DNA of 54,625 nt from an uncultured bacterium. Lineage in GTDB: Bacteria > Fidelibacterota > Marinisomatia > Marinisomatales > J089. Every line of letters starts with the position of its first letter. Within the stretch, counting starts at the first letter, position 1. Where the stretch lies: NCBI GenBank assembly GCA_964549745.1, contig CAZJWP010000003.1, forward strand, positions 1 to 54,625. The letters run 5' to 3'. The translations under genes and the position numbers were made by a program. Shown piece after piece: positions 1 to 9,399 of the stretch. The notes under the pieces were generated by a model. That model was given only the letters and a program-made list of their open reading frames with translations, searched no databases and was not told the DNA's origin.

Positions 1-37
1 CGCTTGGTAAAAACCAGCACAAAGTCAAAAACAAAAG

Positions 38-121
38 TGCCCGGGACTGGACTCGAACCAGCACGGTTTCGCAACCACTAGACCCTGAACCTAGCGTGTC
101 TACCAATTCCACCACCCGGGC
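38..121 (-). tRNA. tRNA-Leu (anticodon CAG), class II with long variable arm; CCA not encoded
   Basis: The reverse complement GCCCGGGTGGTGGAATTGGTAGACACGCTAGGTTCAGGGTCTAGTGGTTGCGAAACCGTGCTGGTTCGAGTCCAGTCCCGGGCA folds as a cloverleaf. Acceptor is GCCCGGG/CCCGGGC. Anticodon stem is CTAGG/TCTAG with loop TTCAGGG (anticodon CAG). T-arm is GCTGG-TTCGAGT-CCAGT. The layout closely parallels E. coli tRNA-Leu(CAG). Confidence 0.9.
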
Positions 122-225
122 ATATTTTGATCAAAATTCCGAAAGAATTTTGGAATTCCAATGAACATCTCTTCAAAAAGCGGGCGAAATTACTTTCCTG
201 ATTCTTCATGCTGCAAGGATTAACC

Positions 226-255
226 TTGTTCGCCAAGAGGGCAAAATAGTATTTT
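226..255 (+). promoter_or_regulatory. Candidate sigma-70-type promoter for smpB (TTGTTC-N18-TATTTT, with TAGTAT overlapping)
   Basis: TTGTTC lies at 226-231 and TATTTT at 250-255, ending 10 nt before the smpB ATG. The same architecture and an identical 12-mer, aaatagtatttt, recur upstream of hrcA (43665-43694). Confidence 0.3.
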
Positions 256-265
256 TTCGGCTATC

Positions 266-724
266 ATGGCTGACCAAAATTCCATTGTAACCCAAAATCG
301 CAAGGCACGTCACGAATATCATCTTTTCGATAAGTTCGAAGCCGGACTGGAACTGGTGGGCAGCGAAGTGAAAAGTCTAAGGGAGGGACGCGCCAATCTG
401 AAGGATTCTTACGTGATTATCCGCAGGGGCGAAGCCGTACTGGTGAGTGCGCATATCAGTCCCTATTCCCACACCGGATTTACCGGGCACGAGCCCGATC
501 GCGACCGGCGCTTATTGCTCAATAAGCGGGAAATTCTGAAGATCAATCAAAAGATTTCCGAAAAGGGATTTACAGTGATCCCGCTAAAGATTTATTTCAA
601 GAACGGTTGGGCAAAAGTGGAAATTGCTGTCGCCAAGGGGAAAAATTTTTATGATAAACGGGATGCCCGCAAAGCCAAGGATGTGGAGCGGGACACCCAA
701 CGGCAATTGAGGAATTATCGATGA
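266..724 (+). CDS. smpB: SsrA-binding protein SmpB
   Basis: 152 aa. Typical SmpB sequence: [40 protein letters not shown] ... [13 protein letters not shown] ... basic tail. Confidence 0.95.
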   Translation: MADQNSIVTQNRKARHEYHLFDKFEAGLELVGSEVKSLREGRANLKDSYVIIRRGEAVLVSAHISPYSHTGFTGHEPDRDRRLLLNKREILKINQKISEKGFTVIPLKIYFKNGWAKVEIAVAKGKNFYDKRDARKAKDVERDTQRQLRNYR

Positions 725-1932
725 CATTTTTACCGATCGAAGAACAGATGAAGCTGATCCGTCGCGGGGCGGAAGAAATTATTCCCGAAGAAGAACTTGT
801 CGCCAAACTAACGGATAGCCAAAAAGAAGACCGTCCCCTGAATATTAAGCTGGGTTGCGATCCCAGCCGACCTGATCTGCACATCGGTCACGCTGTTGTT
901 CTTCGCAAATTGCGGCATTTCCAGGATTTGGGCCACCAGGCCATCCTGGTGATTGGCGATTTCACCGCCATGATCGGCGATCCTAGTGGCCGCAACAAAA
1001 CCCGGCCGCCACTGGAGTTGGAGGAAGCGCGTGAAAATGCAAAGTCTTACGTGGAACAAGCGAGCGTGATCCTGGATATTGATAAGCTCAAGATCGTCTA
1101 TAATTCCACGTGGCTGAATGCCATGAATTTCCGGGATGTGATCCGACTGGCCAGCAAATATACGGTAGCGCGGATGATCGAACGCGATGATTTCACCAAA
1201 CGGTTTCAGTCGGAAATACCCATTTCTATCCACGAATTTCTTTATCCATTGGCACAAGGCATGGATTCGGTGGACCTCCATGCGGATGTGGAACTGGGTG
1301 GTACCGACCAGAAATTCAATTTGCTTGTAGGGCGTGATCTCCAACGTGAATATGGTCAGAAGCCGCAAGCGATTCTTACGGTTCCGCTTTTGGAAGGAAC
1401 CGATGGAGTGGAGAAGATGTCCAAATCATACGGAAATGATATTGCGCTCCACGACTCGCCTAAAGATATGTATGGGAAAGCGCTTTCGATCTCCGATGGT
1501 ATGATCGATAAATATTTCGTTCTGGCAGCCGACGCAGACGAAGAGAAAATGAAGTCAGTCCGGGAACGATTAGCGGATAATTCCGTAAATCCGCGGGACG
1601 TGAAACGGGAATTGGCCCGGGATCTTGTGACGCTGTATTATGATGAAGGCGAAGCGAAAAAAGCAGAAGCAGAATTTGACAGAATTTTTATCCATAAAGA
1701 TGTCCCGGTCGATATGCCGGAATATCAGTTTATTAAACCCATTTTGTTGGTGGACTTACTGGACAAAGTAAACCTGGTGTCCAGTAAAAGTGAGGGTAGA
1801 CGCTTAATCAAGCAGAAAGCGGTGCGGTTGAACGATGAAGTGTGCACCGACATCCAACAACAAGTTGAGAAAGGGGTTGAAGACCTGGTCATCAAGGTCG
1901 GTAAGCGCCGATTCCTAAAGGTGATATTCTGA
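721..1932 (+). CDS. tyrS: Tyrosine--tRNA ligase (with C-terminal S4-like domain)
   Basis: 403 aa. Class I HIGH motif (LHIGHAVV), KMSKS motif, GTDQKFN, and a C-terminal S4-like RNA-binding region ([17 protein letters not shown]). The ATGA start overlaps the smpB stop. Confidence 0.95.
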   Translation: MTFLPIEEQMKLIRRGAEEIIPEEELVAKLTDSQKEDRPLNIKLGCDPSRPDLHIGHAVVLRKLRHFQDLGHQAILVIGDFTAMIGDPSGRNKTRPPLELEEARENAKSYVEQASVILDIDKLKIVYNSTWLNAMNFRDVIRLASKYTVARMIERDDFTKRFQSEIPISIHEFLYPLAQGMDSVDLHADVELGGTDQKFNLLVGRDLQREYGQKPQAILTVPLLEGTDGVEKMSKSYGNDIALHDSPKDMYGKALSISDGMIDKYFVLAADADEEKMKSVRERLADNSVNPRDVKRELARDLVTLYYDEGEAKKAEAEFDRIFIHKDVPVDMPEYQFIKPILLVDLLDKVNLVSSKSEGRRLIKQKAVRLNDEVCTDIQQQVEKGVEDLVIKVGKRRFLKVIF

Positions 1933-3566
1933 TGAAAATAAAACGGGCGATATCCCTCCTCACAACGCTCTTCTTTTTCACATCCTGCAGCGTTCAAACT
2001 CCAAAACCAAAATTGGTGGTCTTCATGGTTCTGGATCAATGCCGTCCGGATCTGATTACGCGTTACTCACCGCTTTATACCGGCGGATTGAAATGGATTG
2101 AGGATCATGGATTGTATTGTTCACAAACCTATCACGCCCACGGCTACACAGCCACAGGTCCCGGGCATTTCACTCTGGCGTCAGGACAATATCCCGGACC
2201 TGCCGGAATTCTTGGTAACGACTGGTGGGATCGGAAAGAGCGTCGCAGTCGCTACTGCGTTGAAGATAATCAGGCCAAGATTGTTGGCGGTGAAGGCACA
2301 GGGCGGTCTTATCGCCGTTACAATACCACCGCCTTTGGCGATTGGCTAAAAGCGTCTGATCCCAAATCGAAAGTGGCAAGCGTGGCCGGGAAGGACCGCG
2401 CGGCCGTGTTCTCTGGTGGAAAACATCCTGATTTCGCCTGCTGGTATAATTGGGACGGCCATTTCGTTACCTCCGATTACTACGCGGATGTGCTTCCGGA
2501 CTGGTTGCAGGATTTAAACAAAAGCCTCCATGTGGAGACTTACAAGGATTCGGTTTGGACTAAGTCGCTACCGGACTCGGTTTATTTGCAGTACGCCCGG
2601 GAGGACAATTTTCACGGGGAAACGGATACTTATAAAAAGGATCCATATTCTCCGGTTTTCCCGATTGGATTCGATCCTGCATCTGATGCTACCGACAAAA
2701 TCGGCGGCACACCGTGGCTGGATCAATTCACTCTTGAAGCTGCTCAAGCGATGATTGAAGGTGAAGGTTTAGGAAAAGATTCACATACGGACATTGCCTT
2801 TATCAGCCTGTCGGGTGTAGACATTATGGTTCATTATTTTGGGCCATGGTCGCAGGAAGCGATGGATAGTCAAATTAAGTTGGACAAGCACTTGGGGAAA
2901 TTCTTTCACTGGTTGGATGAAGAAATTGGGCTGGAAAATGTTTTAGTTGTTCAAACCTCCGATCATGGCGGGTTACCCTTACCCGACTATCTGAAAAAAG
3001 TCAGACACCTGGATGCCGGTCACATCAATCACAATGTGTGGAAAGCCACGACGAATGCACTTCAGAAGGAAGTCACCGAACTGACCGGGATACCCCATTT
3101 GCTAAAGGTCTTTTCCACACGATTCTTTATCGATGATTCCTTAATACAACAAACTTCGGTTCCACGAACCAAGATTCTGAATTTGATCGATGCCTATTGT
3201 GACACCGTCACCGGGGTGTCCAGGATTATGCATAAAGATGACATTCTCAACGCTACTTCCGAAGATTCTATCTTATTCGCCATGCGTCATTCCATGAATC
3301 CGGATGGACCGGATGCCTGGGCTCTGGAAAAACGCAATTGGGTCTGGAAATATCCGTATGGAACCAGCCACGGTACGCCTTATTCTTATGATCAACATGT
3401 GCCCTTGTATTTATGTCGTCAATCGACTCAGGCATCGGAATTTTCCGATAAGATCCATACGGTGGACATCGCTCCGACTTTGGCGCGCTATTTGGATATT
3501 AAACCGACACACCACGTTGACGGTCATGTTGTGACTGAGTTGGTGCATAATTTGAAAGGAAATTGA
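1932..3566 (+). CDS. Alkaline phosphatase superfamily protein (type I phosphodiesterase / nucleotide pyrophosphatase-like), putative lipoprotein
   Basis: 544 aa. Lipobox-like LFFFTSCS. Metal/nucleophile motifs VLDQCRPD, GYTATGPGHFTLASGQYPGPAGILGN and TSDHGG are typical of the PF01663-type fold. Confidence 0.8.
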   Translation: MKIKRAISLLTTLFFFTSCSVQTPKPKLVVFMVLDQCRPDLITRYSPLYTGGLKWIEDHGLYCSQTYHAHGYTATGPGHFTLASGQYPGPAGILGNDWWDRKERRSRYCVEDNQAKIVGGEGTGRSYRRYNTTAFGDWLKASDPKSKVASVAGKDRAAVFSGGKHPDFACWYNWDGHFVTSDYYADVLPDWLQDLNKSLHVETYKDSVWTKSLPDSVYLQYAREDNFHGETDTYKKDPYSPVFPIGFDPASDATDKIGGTPWLDQFTLEAAQAMIEGEGLGKDSHTDIAFISLSGVDIMVHYFGPWSQEAMDSQIKLDKHLGKFFHWLDEEIGLENVLVVQTSDHGGLPLPDYLKKVRHLDAGHINHNVWKATTNALQKEVTELTGIPHLLKVFSTRFFIDDSLIQQTSVPRTKILNLIDAYCDTVTGVSRIMHKDDILNATSEDSILFAMRHSMNPDGPDAWALEKRNWVWKYPYGTSHGTPYSYDQHVPLYLCRQSTQASEFSDKIHTVDIAPTLARYLDIKPTHHVDGHVVTELVHNLKGN

Positions 3567-4469
3567 ATGCTTCAGGTCAATTCAATACGAAAAGCATTTC
3601 AGAATACAGTTGCTGCTGATGATATTTCGTTTTCTGTAAATCCCGGTGATATTTATGGTCTTCTGGGACCAAACGGCGCCGGGAAAACCACAACGATCCG
3701 GATGCTCATGGGTGTGATCAAACCGGACTCCGGGTCGATTACTCTGGATGGAAAAGATATTGATCTCACTCCAAGACGCAAGTTTGGATATCTTCCGGAA
3801 GAAAGGGGTTTGTACCAGAAAGAAAAACTTGGCCATGTTTTGAAATACCTGGGAATGCTCAAAGGGGTTCCCTCTTCCGAAGCGGATGAAGTGATCGATC
3901 AATGGTTGGAACGGTTCGAATTAAAAGAATATGCCCATCGGAACATCCGGGAACTTTCGAAGGGAAATCAGCAAAAAGTCCAGTTTATCGCCACGCTGAT
4001 GCATAAACCTCAGGTCGTGATTCTGGATGAGCCCTTTACCGGACTGGACCCGGTGAATCAATTGCTGATGAAAGATATTATCCAGGAATTAAGCGGTGAA
4101 GGCGTTTCCATCCTGTTTTCCACACACCAAATGGAGCAGGTGGAGAGGTTGTGCAACCGAATTTGCCTGATCAACAATGGACGGATTCTGGTCGAGGGCG
4201 ATATTCAATCAGTGAAAGCGCGGCACAAAAAACGCAATGTGGATATCACGTTTGAAGGCCAGTTGGAGGAACGGGATTTGGCCGGCGAAATGAATGAGAT
4301 TAAGCTGGATGGAAATCGTCTCAGGGGTTCATTGAAAGCGGATTCACAATCATTTTTAAAATGGATATCCGACCAGGTGAAAATCCGGTCCTATTCGGTT
4401 ACACCGCCTACTTTGGAGGAAATATTCATTGCGGAAGTCCGGGCGTCAGGTGAAAGAGGTGCAGCATGA
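3567..4469 (+). CDS. ABC-2 type transporter ATP-binding protein (NatA-like)
   Basis: 300 aa. Walker A GPNGAGKTT, signature LSKGNQQK, Walker B VVILDEPFTGLD, H-loop STHQ. The C-terminal accessory domain ends PPTLEEIFI. Confidence 0.9.
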   Translation: MLQVNSIRKAFQNTVAADDISFSVNPGDIYGLLGPNGAGKTTTIRMLMGVIKPDSGSITLDGKDIDLTPRRKFGYLPEERGLYQKEKLGHVLKYLGMLKGVPSSEADEVIDQWLERFELKEYAHRNIRELSKGNQQKVQFIATLMHKPQVVILDEPFTGLDPVNQLLMKDIIQELSGEGVSILFSTHQMEQVERLCNRICLINNGRILVEGDIQSVKARHKKRNVDITFEGQLEERDLAGEMNEIKLDGNRLRGSLKADSQSFLKWISDQVKIRSYSVTPPTLEEIFIAEVRASGERGAA

Positions 4470-5680
4470 TTTGGCAAGTATTTAAATGGGAATACCTCCG
4501 GCGTTTGAAATCGAAGTTATTTTTATTCACCGCTGTGATCATTCCTTTATTTGTGATGGGCGCCATGATTTTGCCGTCGATGTTGATGAGCGGGGAAAGT
4601 ACGGAGAAAACCAATATCGGGCTTTATGACGCAACCAACGGGTTGGGAATGTCATTTGTTGACCAATTACAAACGGATTATAAACTGAAAAATGGCGAAC
4701 CGGAATTCAATGTGGACATATCCGATTCTCAGGACGAATTGAAAACCAGGTTAACAAACAAAGATATTTCAGCTTACATCGTATTCCCGGATTCCATGCT
4801 GGAAAACAATCAGGCCGGTTTGTATGTGCGTTCGGCCAGCAATTTTAAAACAGGCGATGCCCTGAAGCGCACTTTAAATAAAATTGTGATGAACCAGCGA
4901 TTGGAAAAATATCACCTGGATCCACAGGTCATCCAAAATGTAACCAAACGGGTGTATCTCAACACATACCAGATTTCCAAGGAAGGGGAAACCAATAAAA
5001 CCAACGAGCTGGTTGATTTCTTTTTCCCGTTTATTTCGATGATGATTCTGTACATGACCATTTTGTTTTCAGCACAGATTTTACTCAGGAGTGTCATTGA
5101 AGAACGGTCATCACGCATGGTAGAAATCCTATTGTCCACCTTAACCCCTGACGATCTAATGAAAGGGAAGATTTTTGGTCTGGGCGCTCTGGGAATTACC
5201 CAACTCTTCTTCTATCTTTTTGTGGGGTCGGTTGTGGCCACTTATCAGGGCATGAATGTATTCAATGCAAATTTCATGATTACAATGGTGGTGTTTTTCC
5301 TGTTGGGATTTATGTTTTACGCCGCCATTTTTGCGGCGTTGGGCAGTGTCTTCGATTCCGAACAGGAAGCGCAACAAATTTCGGGAATGATCTCATTGAT
5401 CATGGTGGTGCCCATTGCGCTTTCCACCTATTTCATCACCAATCCGACCGCTTTGGCGACGAAAATCCTGACATTCATTCCGCCGATCACGCCTTTCCTG
5501 ATTATCCTCAGGGCAGGAACGTCCACTTTGGAAATTTGGGAACAGGTGACGGCCGCAGTAATTATGCTCTTGTCCGTCTGGGTGATTATTAAACTGGCGG
5601 GAAAGGTTTTCAGGACATCAATTTTGTTGTACGGAAAGCGTATCACATTTTCGGAGATCATTCGCTGGATTCGTTCCTGA
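4466..5680 (+). CDS. ABC-2 family transporter permease (NatB-like)
   Basis: 404 aa. N-terminal TM helix, a large extracytoplasmic loop, then about 5 TM helices. The start has a 4-nt overlap with the upstream ATPase gene. Confidence 0.8.
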   Translation: MIWQVFKWEYLRRLKSKLFLFTAVIIPLFVMGAMILPSMLMSGESTEKTNIGLYDATNGLGMSFVDQLQTDYKLKNGEPEFNVDISDSQDELKTRLTNKDISAYIVFPDSMLENNQAGLYVRSASNFKTGDALKRTLNKIVMNQRLEKYHLDPQVIQNVTKRVYLNTYQISKEGETNKTNELVDFFFPFISMMILYMTILFSAQILLRSVIEERSSRMVEILLSTLTPDDLMKGKIFGLGALGITQLFFYLFVGSVVATYQGMNVFNANFMITMVVFFLLGFMFYAAIFAALGSVFDSEQEAQQISGMISLIMVVPIALSTYFITNPTALATKILTFIPPITPFLIILRAGTSTLEIWEQVTAAVIMLLSVWVIIKLAGKVFRTSILLYGKRITFSEIIRWIRS

Positions 5681-5860
5681 GTTATACGATCCGGTGATAT
5701 TCATAGAAAATTCCGAAATGGTGTAACCTTTTACAATTTTTGTATCGAAAATACCAAAGATCAAAATGGTAAATTCGGAGAAAAGGTTACATCCAATTCG
5801 GGTTATCGAGTAAATTTGGTTCAGCCAAATTTTGTTACATTACAAGAAAAAGGAGAATCC

Positions 5861-6187
5861 ATGGCAGAAAACATATTCGAATTTACTGATCAAAATTTCG
5901 AATCTGAGGTTCTTCAATCTAACAACCCGGTATTGGTTGATTTTTGGGCGGAATGGTGCGGTCCCTGTAAAGTGATCGGCCCTGTGGTTGAAGAAATTGC
6001 AACAGATTACAAAGATCAGATAAAGGTGGGGAAGTTGAATGTGGATCATAATCAACAGACAGCGATGAAATACGGCGTTCGAAGTATTCCCAGTTTATTG
6101 GTCTTTAAAGATGGGACGGTTTATAACCAGATCGTTGGTTCCGTTCCGAAGGACAGAATTACAAAATTATTAGAAGAGGCGCTTTAA
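5861..6187 (+). CDS. trxA: Thioredoxin
   Basis: WCGPC active site (DFWAEWCGPCK). The ATG at 5861 is preceded by a strong SD, aaaggaga. The track ORF start at 5816 is a non-ATG extension with no homology logic. Confidence 0.93.
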   Translation: MAENIFEFTDQNFESEVLQSNNPVLVDFWAEWCGPCKVIGPVVEEIATDYKDQIKVGKLNVDHNQQTAMKYGVRSIPSLLVFKDGTVYNQIVGSVPKDRITKLLEEAL

Positions 6188-6197
6188 GTAAACAATT

Positions 6198-7124
6198 ATG
6201 AATCGGAAAGTCATTATCATCGGATCTGGCCCCGCAGGCCTTACAGCAGCCATCTATGCTGCCAGAGCAAATCTGGAACCAATTGTTTTTGAAGGAATGC
6301 AACCCGGAGGGCAATTAACCATCACCACAGATGTGGAGAATTTTCCCGGTTTCCCCGAAGGCGTTATGGGCCCCGAACTGATGGATAAGTTTCGTGAACA
6401 AGCGCAGCGATTTGGCGCCGAATGCGTCATGAAACAAGTGACTAAAGTTGATTTTTCCGAACGGCCATTTAAAGTATGGGTTGGCGACACGCTCTATACC
6501 GGTGAAACGGTTATTATTTCAACCGGAGCTTCAGCCAGAACCCTGGGTTTGGATTCGGAGATGGAATTAATGGGATACGGGGTATCCGCCTGCGCAACAT
6601 GCGACGGTTTCTTTTATCGTGACAAAAAAGTTCTGGTCGTCGGAGGTGGCGATTCGGCCATGGAAGAGGCGACCTTCCTGACCAAATTTGCATCCGAAGT
6701 ATGGATTGTCCATCGCAGAGATGAATTCCGCGCTTCCAAGATCATGGTGGATCGTGCATTGAATAATCCGAAAATACATGTGCACTGGAATTCCACGATT
6801 GATCGTATTGTGGGAACCAAGGAATCAGGAGTCACCGGCGCGATTTTAAAAGACACTCAAAACGGGTCAACTCGCGAGGAAAAATGTGACGGTATTTTTA
6901 TGGCCATTGGTCATCAACCGAATACCGACTTGTTCAAAGAGTATATTACCCTGGATCCAAAAGGATATATCCAAACCGAATCTAATCGGAGTGCGACTAA
7001 CCTTCCCGGTGTCTTTGCCTGCGGCGATGCCCAGGATCATATTTACCGGCAAGCGATCACGGCTGCCGGATCGGGATGTAAAGCTGCTATTGATGCCGAG
7101 CGTTTTTTAGAGACACAGGACTAA
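6198..7124 (+). CDS. trxB: Thioredoxin-disulfide reductase
   Basis: 308 aa. FAD motif GSGPAG, redox CATCDG, NADPH motif GGGDSAMEEA, C-terminal GDAQD. Confidence 0.93.
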   Translation: MNRKVIIIGSGPAGLTAAIYAARANLEPIVFEGMQPGGQLTITTDVENFPGFPEGVMGPELMDKFREQAQRFGAECVMKQVTKVDFSERPFKVWVGDTLYTGETVIISTGASARTLGLDSEMELMGYGVSACATCDGFFYRDKKVLVVGGGDSAMEEATFLTKFASEVWIVHRRDEFRASKIMVDRALNNPKIHVHWNSTIDRIVGTKESGVTGAILKDTQNGSTREEKCDGIFMAIGHQPNTDLFKEYITLDPKGYIQTESNRSATNLPGVFACGDAQDHIYRQAITAAGSGCKAAIDAERFLETQD

Positions 7125-7161
7125 ATCAACTTCCGATTCATCTCAATCTCAACTGGAGTGA

Positions 7162-7854
7162 GTGATGAATCAATACAACAAACTTATTTATGAGTTAACG
7201 GATCTAAAGAAGGATTTCGGTGGTCGAACCGTCCTTCAGATCGGCCGTTTACAATTTCACCCCGGAACGATCTATGGTATCATTGGAGCCATCGGTTCCG
7301 GGAAAACTACCCTCCTCAAGATCATGGCTGGAATCGAACGTCAGACTTCCGGTGTTCTGAAATACGATGGAGAGGAATTCAAAACAACCTGGCGGGGTAA
7401 AGTAAAACCGATTGAAGATATCTATCTGGCCAGCGTAGAGACCCTTAACGATTCCCAGAAGCTTGGACAATTGGTCCAAACGGTTCATCCGGATAAGGTG
7501 GATCGGATCAAGGGGAAATTCTTTTCCCGTGGACGATTCAAGGAATTCTGGGATCGCCCCCTCAAGAATTTGTCCCCGGGGGAGACTGCTTGGTTCAAGA
7601 AAGTCCTGGCCATGGAAAGTGATCCTCGTGTTCTGCTGATCGATGATTACGGGACGACAATGGACAGCGCCATGGAAAGGGATTTCCGTTCTCGTATTCT
7701 GAAAATGAACCGGGAACTGGGAACCACTATTGTTCTGGCTACTCCTAACGACCATCAGATTAAAAAATTTGCGGCGGTGTTGATTCACCTGGACAACGGC
7801 CATGTGGCAAAGATTCGACCCGGAGTGACCAAATCCATGCAAAAAAACCGATAA
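7162..7854 (+). CDS. Orphan ABC-type ATPase-like protein with degenerate catalytic motifs
   Basis: 230 aa. Walker A GAIGSGKT, signature-like LSPGE, Walker B VLLIDD followed by Tyr instead of the catalytic Glu, and no clear Q-loop Gln. There is no adjacent permease. An ATG at 7165 is an alternative to the GTG at 7162. Confidence 0.7.
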   Translation: MMNQYNKLIYELTDLKKDFGGRTVLQIGRLQFHPGTIYGIIGAIGSGKTTLLKIMAGIERQTSGVLKYDGEEFKTTWRGKVKPIEDIYLASVETLNDSQKLGQLVQTVHPDKVDRIKGKFFSRGRFKEFWDRPLKNLSPGETAWFKKVLAMESDPRVLLIDDYGTTMDSAMERDFRSRILKMNRELGTTIVLATPNDHQIKKFAAVLIHLDNGHVAKIRPGVTKSMQKNR

Positions 7855-7858
7855 TGGA

Positions 7859-8800
7859 TTGAGCGCGACCGGTTTACTGTACACGCCGCTGTTTCTGGAA
7901 CACACCACCGGTATCGGGCATCCGGAAGCCCCGCGAAGACTCTCAGCGATTCTGAATCGTCTGGAGCGGACAGGTCTGATCAATGAACTAACCAGAATTC
8001 CGCTGGAACCGGTTGATCGAACCGTTCTGGAATCGATCCATCCCGTCGAATATATCAGTCATATTGAGACTGCGTGTATAACCGGAAAACCGTTTGTTGA
8101 CACGCCGGACTGCGCTATTGGATTTGACAGTTATTCGGTTGCGTTGGCTGCTGCCGGTGCTTCGGTCCAGGGTGTAAAAGAAATCATGACCGGAACAATG
8201 AAAAACGGGATGGTCCTGACCCGCCCGCCCGGTCATCATGCAGAAACCAGCGCCGCGATGGGATTTTGTTTGTTCAATAATATTGCTTTAGCTGCCATAT
8301 ACGCATTGTCTCTGGATCAAATTGAAAAGGTCGCCATCCTGGATTTCGATGTTCATCATGGAAATGGGACGCAGCATATTTTTGAGGAAAATCCCGGAGT
8401 TCTGTATATCAGCACCCACCAGTTTCCCTTTTTCCCAGGTACAGGTAACACTGACGAAATCGGCCGCGGCGCTGGAAAAGGACTGACACATAACTATCCT
8501 TTGGAGGCTGAAACCGGCGACAGGATTTTCATGGATATTTATCGAAACAGCATCCCGGACCTGGTTTTGAATTTCAAACCGGATTTGATCCTTTTATCAG
8601 CCGGTTTTGATGCGCACCGGTTGGATCCTATTGGCGGATTGCAGATCAGCACGGAAGCGTTTACGGAGATTGCCGGTATTTTCAAAAATCTGGCTAACGA
8701 GTGCTGCGATGGAAGACTCCTGTCCATTCTGGAAGGCGGTTATTCCTTTGATGCGTTGGCCGAATCTGTCTATTTTCATCTAAAAGTATTAATGCAATGA
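7859..8800 (+). CDS. Histone deacetylase-family (AcuC / acetylpolyamine amidohydrolase-like) zinc deacetylase
   Basis: 313 aa. Motifs RPPGHHA, DFDVHHGNGTQ, SAGFDAH and EGGY. TTG start at 7859. Confidence 0.85.
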   Translation: MSATGLLYTPLFLEHTTGIGHPEAPRRLSAILNRLERTGLINELTRIPLEPVDRTVLESIHPVEYISHIETACITGKPFVDTPDCAIGFDSYSVALAAAGASVQGVKEIMTGTMKNGMVLTRPPGHHAETSAAMGFCLFNNIALAAIYALSLDQIEKVAILDFDVHHGNGTQHIFEENPGVLYISTHQFPFFPGTGNTDEIGRGAGKGLTHNYPLEAETGDRIFMDIYRNSIPDLVLNFKPDLILLSAGFDAHRLDPIGGLQISTEAFTEIAGIFKNLANECCDGRLLSILEGGYSFDALAESVYFHLKVLMQ

Positions 8801-9399
8801 CAAAACTCTACCGTTCATCAAAAGACCGCGTTCTGGTGGGTATTTGCGGCGGTGTCGCCGAATATCTGAATGTAGACGTTACACTGGTCCGGATCATTTG
8901 GATCCTGTTCAGTTTCTTTGGAGGGTATGGATTGATTGCCTACATCCTGGGACTCTTTTTCATCCCTGAAGAACCCGGAACGCAGTTTACCTACCACCCA
9001 AGAGATATCATTCCCGGAAAAGAATCCTCTTGGAGTTATGTGTTTCTTGGATTGATCATTCTATTTATTTTGCGCGGAATCCCGCTGTTCCACGGAATAT
9101 TAGGCTTTTTCTTCTGGGGATCGGGACATTTACTGGTCCTGCTTCTGATCGCCGGAGCTTTGTATTGGGCATTTGTTATCCATCGGGAGCAATCGGCCTC
9201 ACATCTGGCGGACTGGCATATTTCTACTGAGGACAAATGGTTGCTTGGTGTTTGCGCGGGGATTGGCGAGTCCCTGAGTATAGATGCCAACCTTGTTCGG
9301 TTATTTTGGGTTATCGGATCGTTGTTGGCGCCCATCCTTGGTGTGCTGATCTATGGAATTCTATATCTGGTTATATCAAAAAAAATCCGAATTAAATGA
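8797..9399 (+). CDS. Membrane protein with two PspC domains
   Basis: 200 aa. Two copies of the PspC motif (RVLVGICGGVAEYLNVDVTLVRIIW and KWLLGVCAGIGESLSIDANLVRLFW), each followed by TM helices. Confidence 0.8.
   Translation: MTKLYRSSKDRVLVGICGGVAEYLNVDVTLVRIIWILFSFFGGYGLIAYILGLFFIPEEPGTQFTYHPRDIIPGKESSWSYVFLGLIILFILRGIPLFHGILGFFFWGSGHLLVLLLIAGALYWAFVIHREQSASHLADWHISTEDKWLLGVCAGIGESLSIDANLVRLFWVIGSLLAPILGVLIYGILYLVISKKIRIK

Noticed and set aside
38-121. Possibility that the structured RNA next to smpB is tmRNA (ssrA)
   Set aside because: It is 84 nt and folds as a complete class II tRNA with a CAG anticodon. It has no tag-peptide reading frame or pseudoknot region, and it lies on the opposite strand from smpB.
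808-1368. 186-aa - strand ORF inside tyrS. Similar long antisense ORFs occur at 13391-13861, 25348-25911 and 51149-51640.
   Set aside because: All are fully nested antisense to CDS that have clear family motifs, and none has its own recognisable motifs.
5816-5860. N-terminal extensions implied by the ORF track for trxA (5816). The same applies to the GWxTD gene (11961), the CpoB-like gene (21110), the TPR gene (25284), the PorV-like gene (31769), grpE (44702) and coaD (49647).
   Set aside because: The extensions start at non-ATG codons or overlap upstream genes. They precede obvious native N-termini such as signal peptides or conserved first motifs. For trxA, a strong SD sits before the internal ATG.
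7249-7983. 244-aa ORF on the - strand, antisense to the ABC-like and HDAC-like genes
   Set aside because: It lies entirely within well-supported + strand CDS. Its Ser/Arg/Gly/Phe-rich composition has no recognisable motifs and is typical of a shadow ORF.
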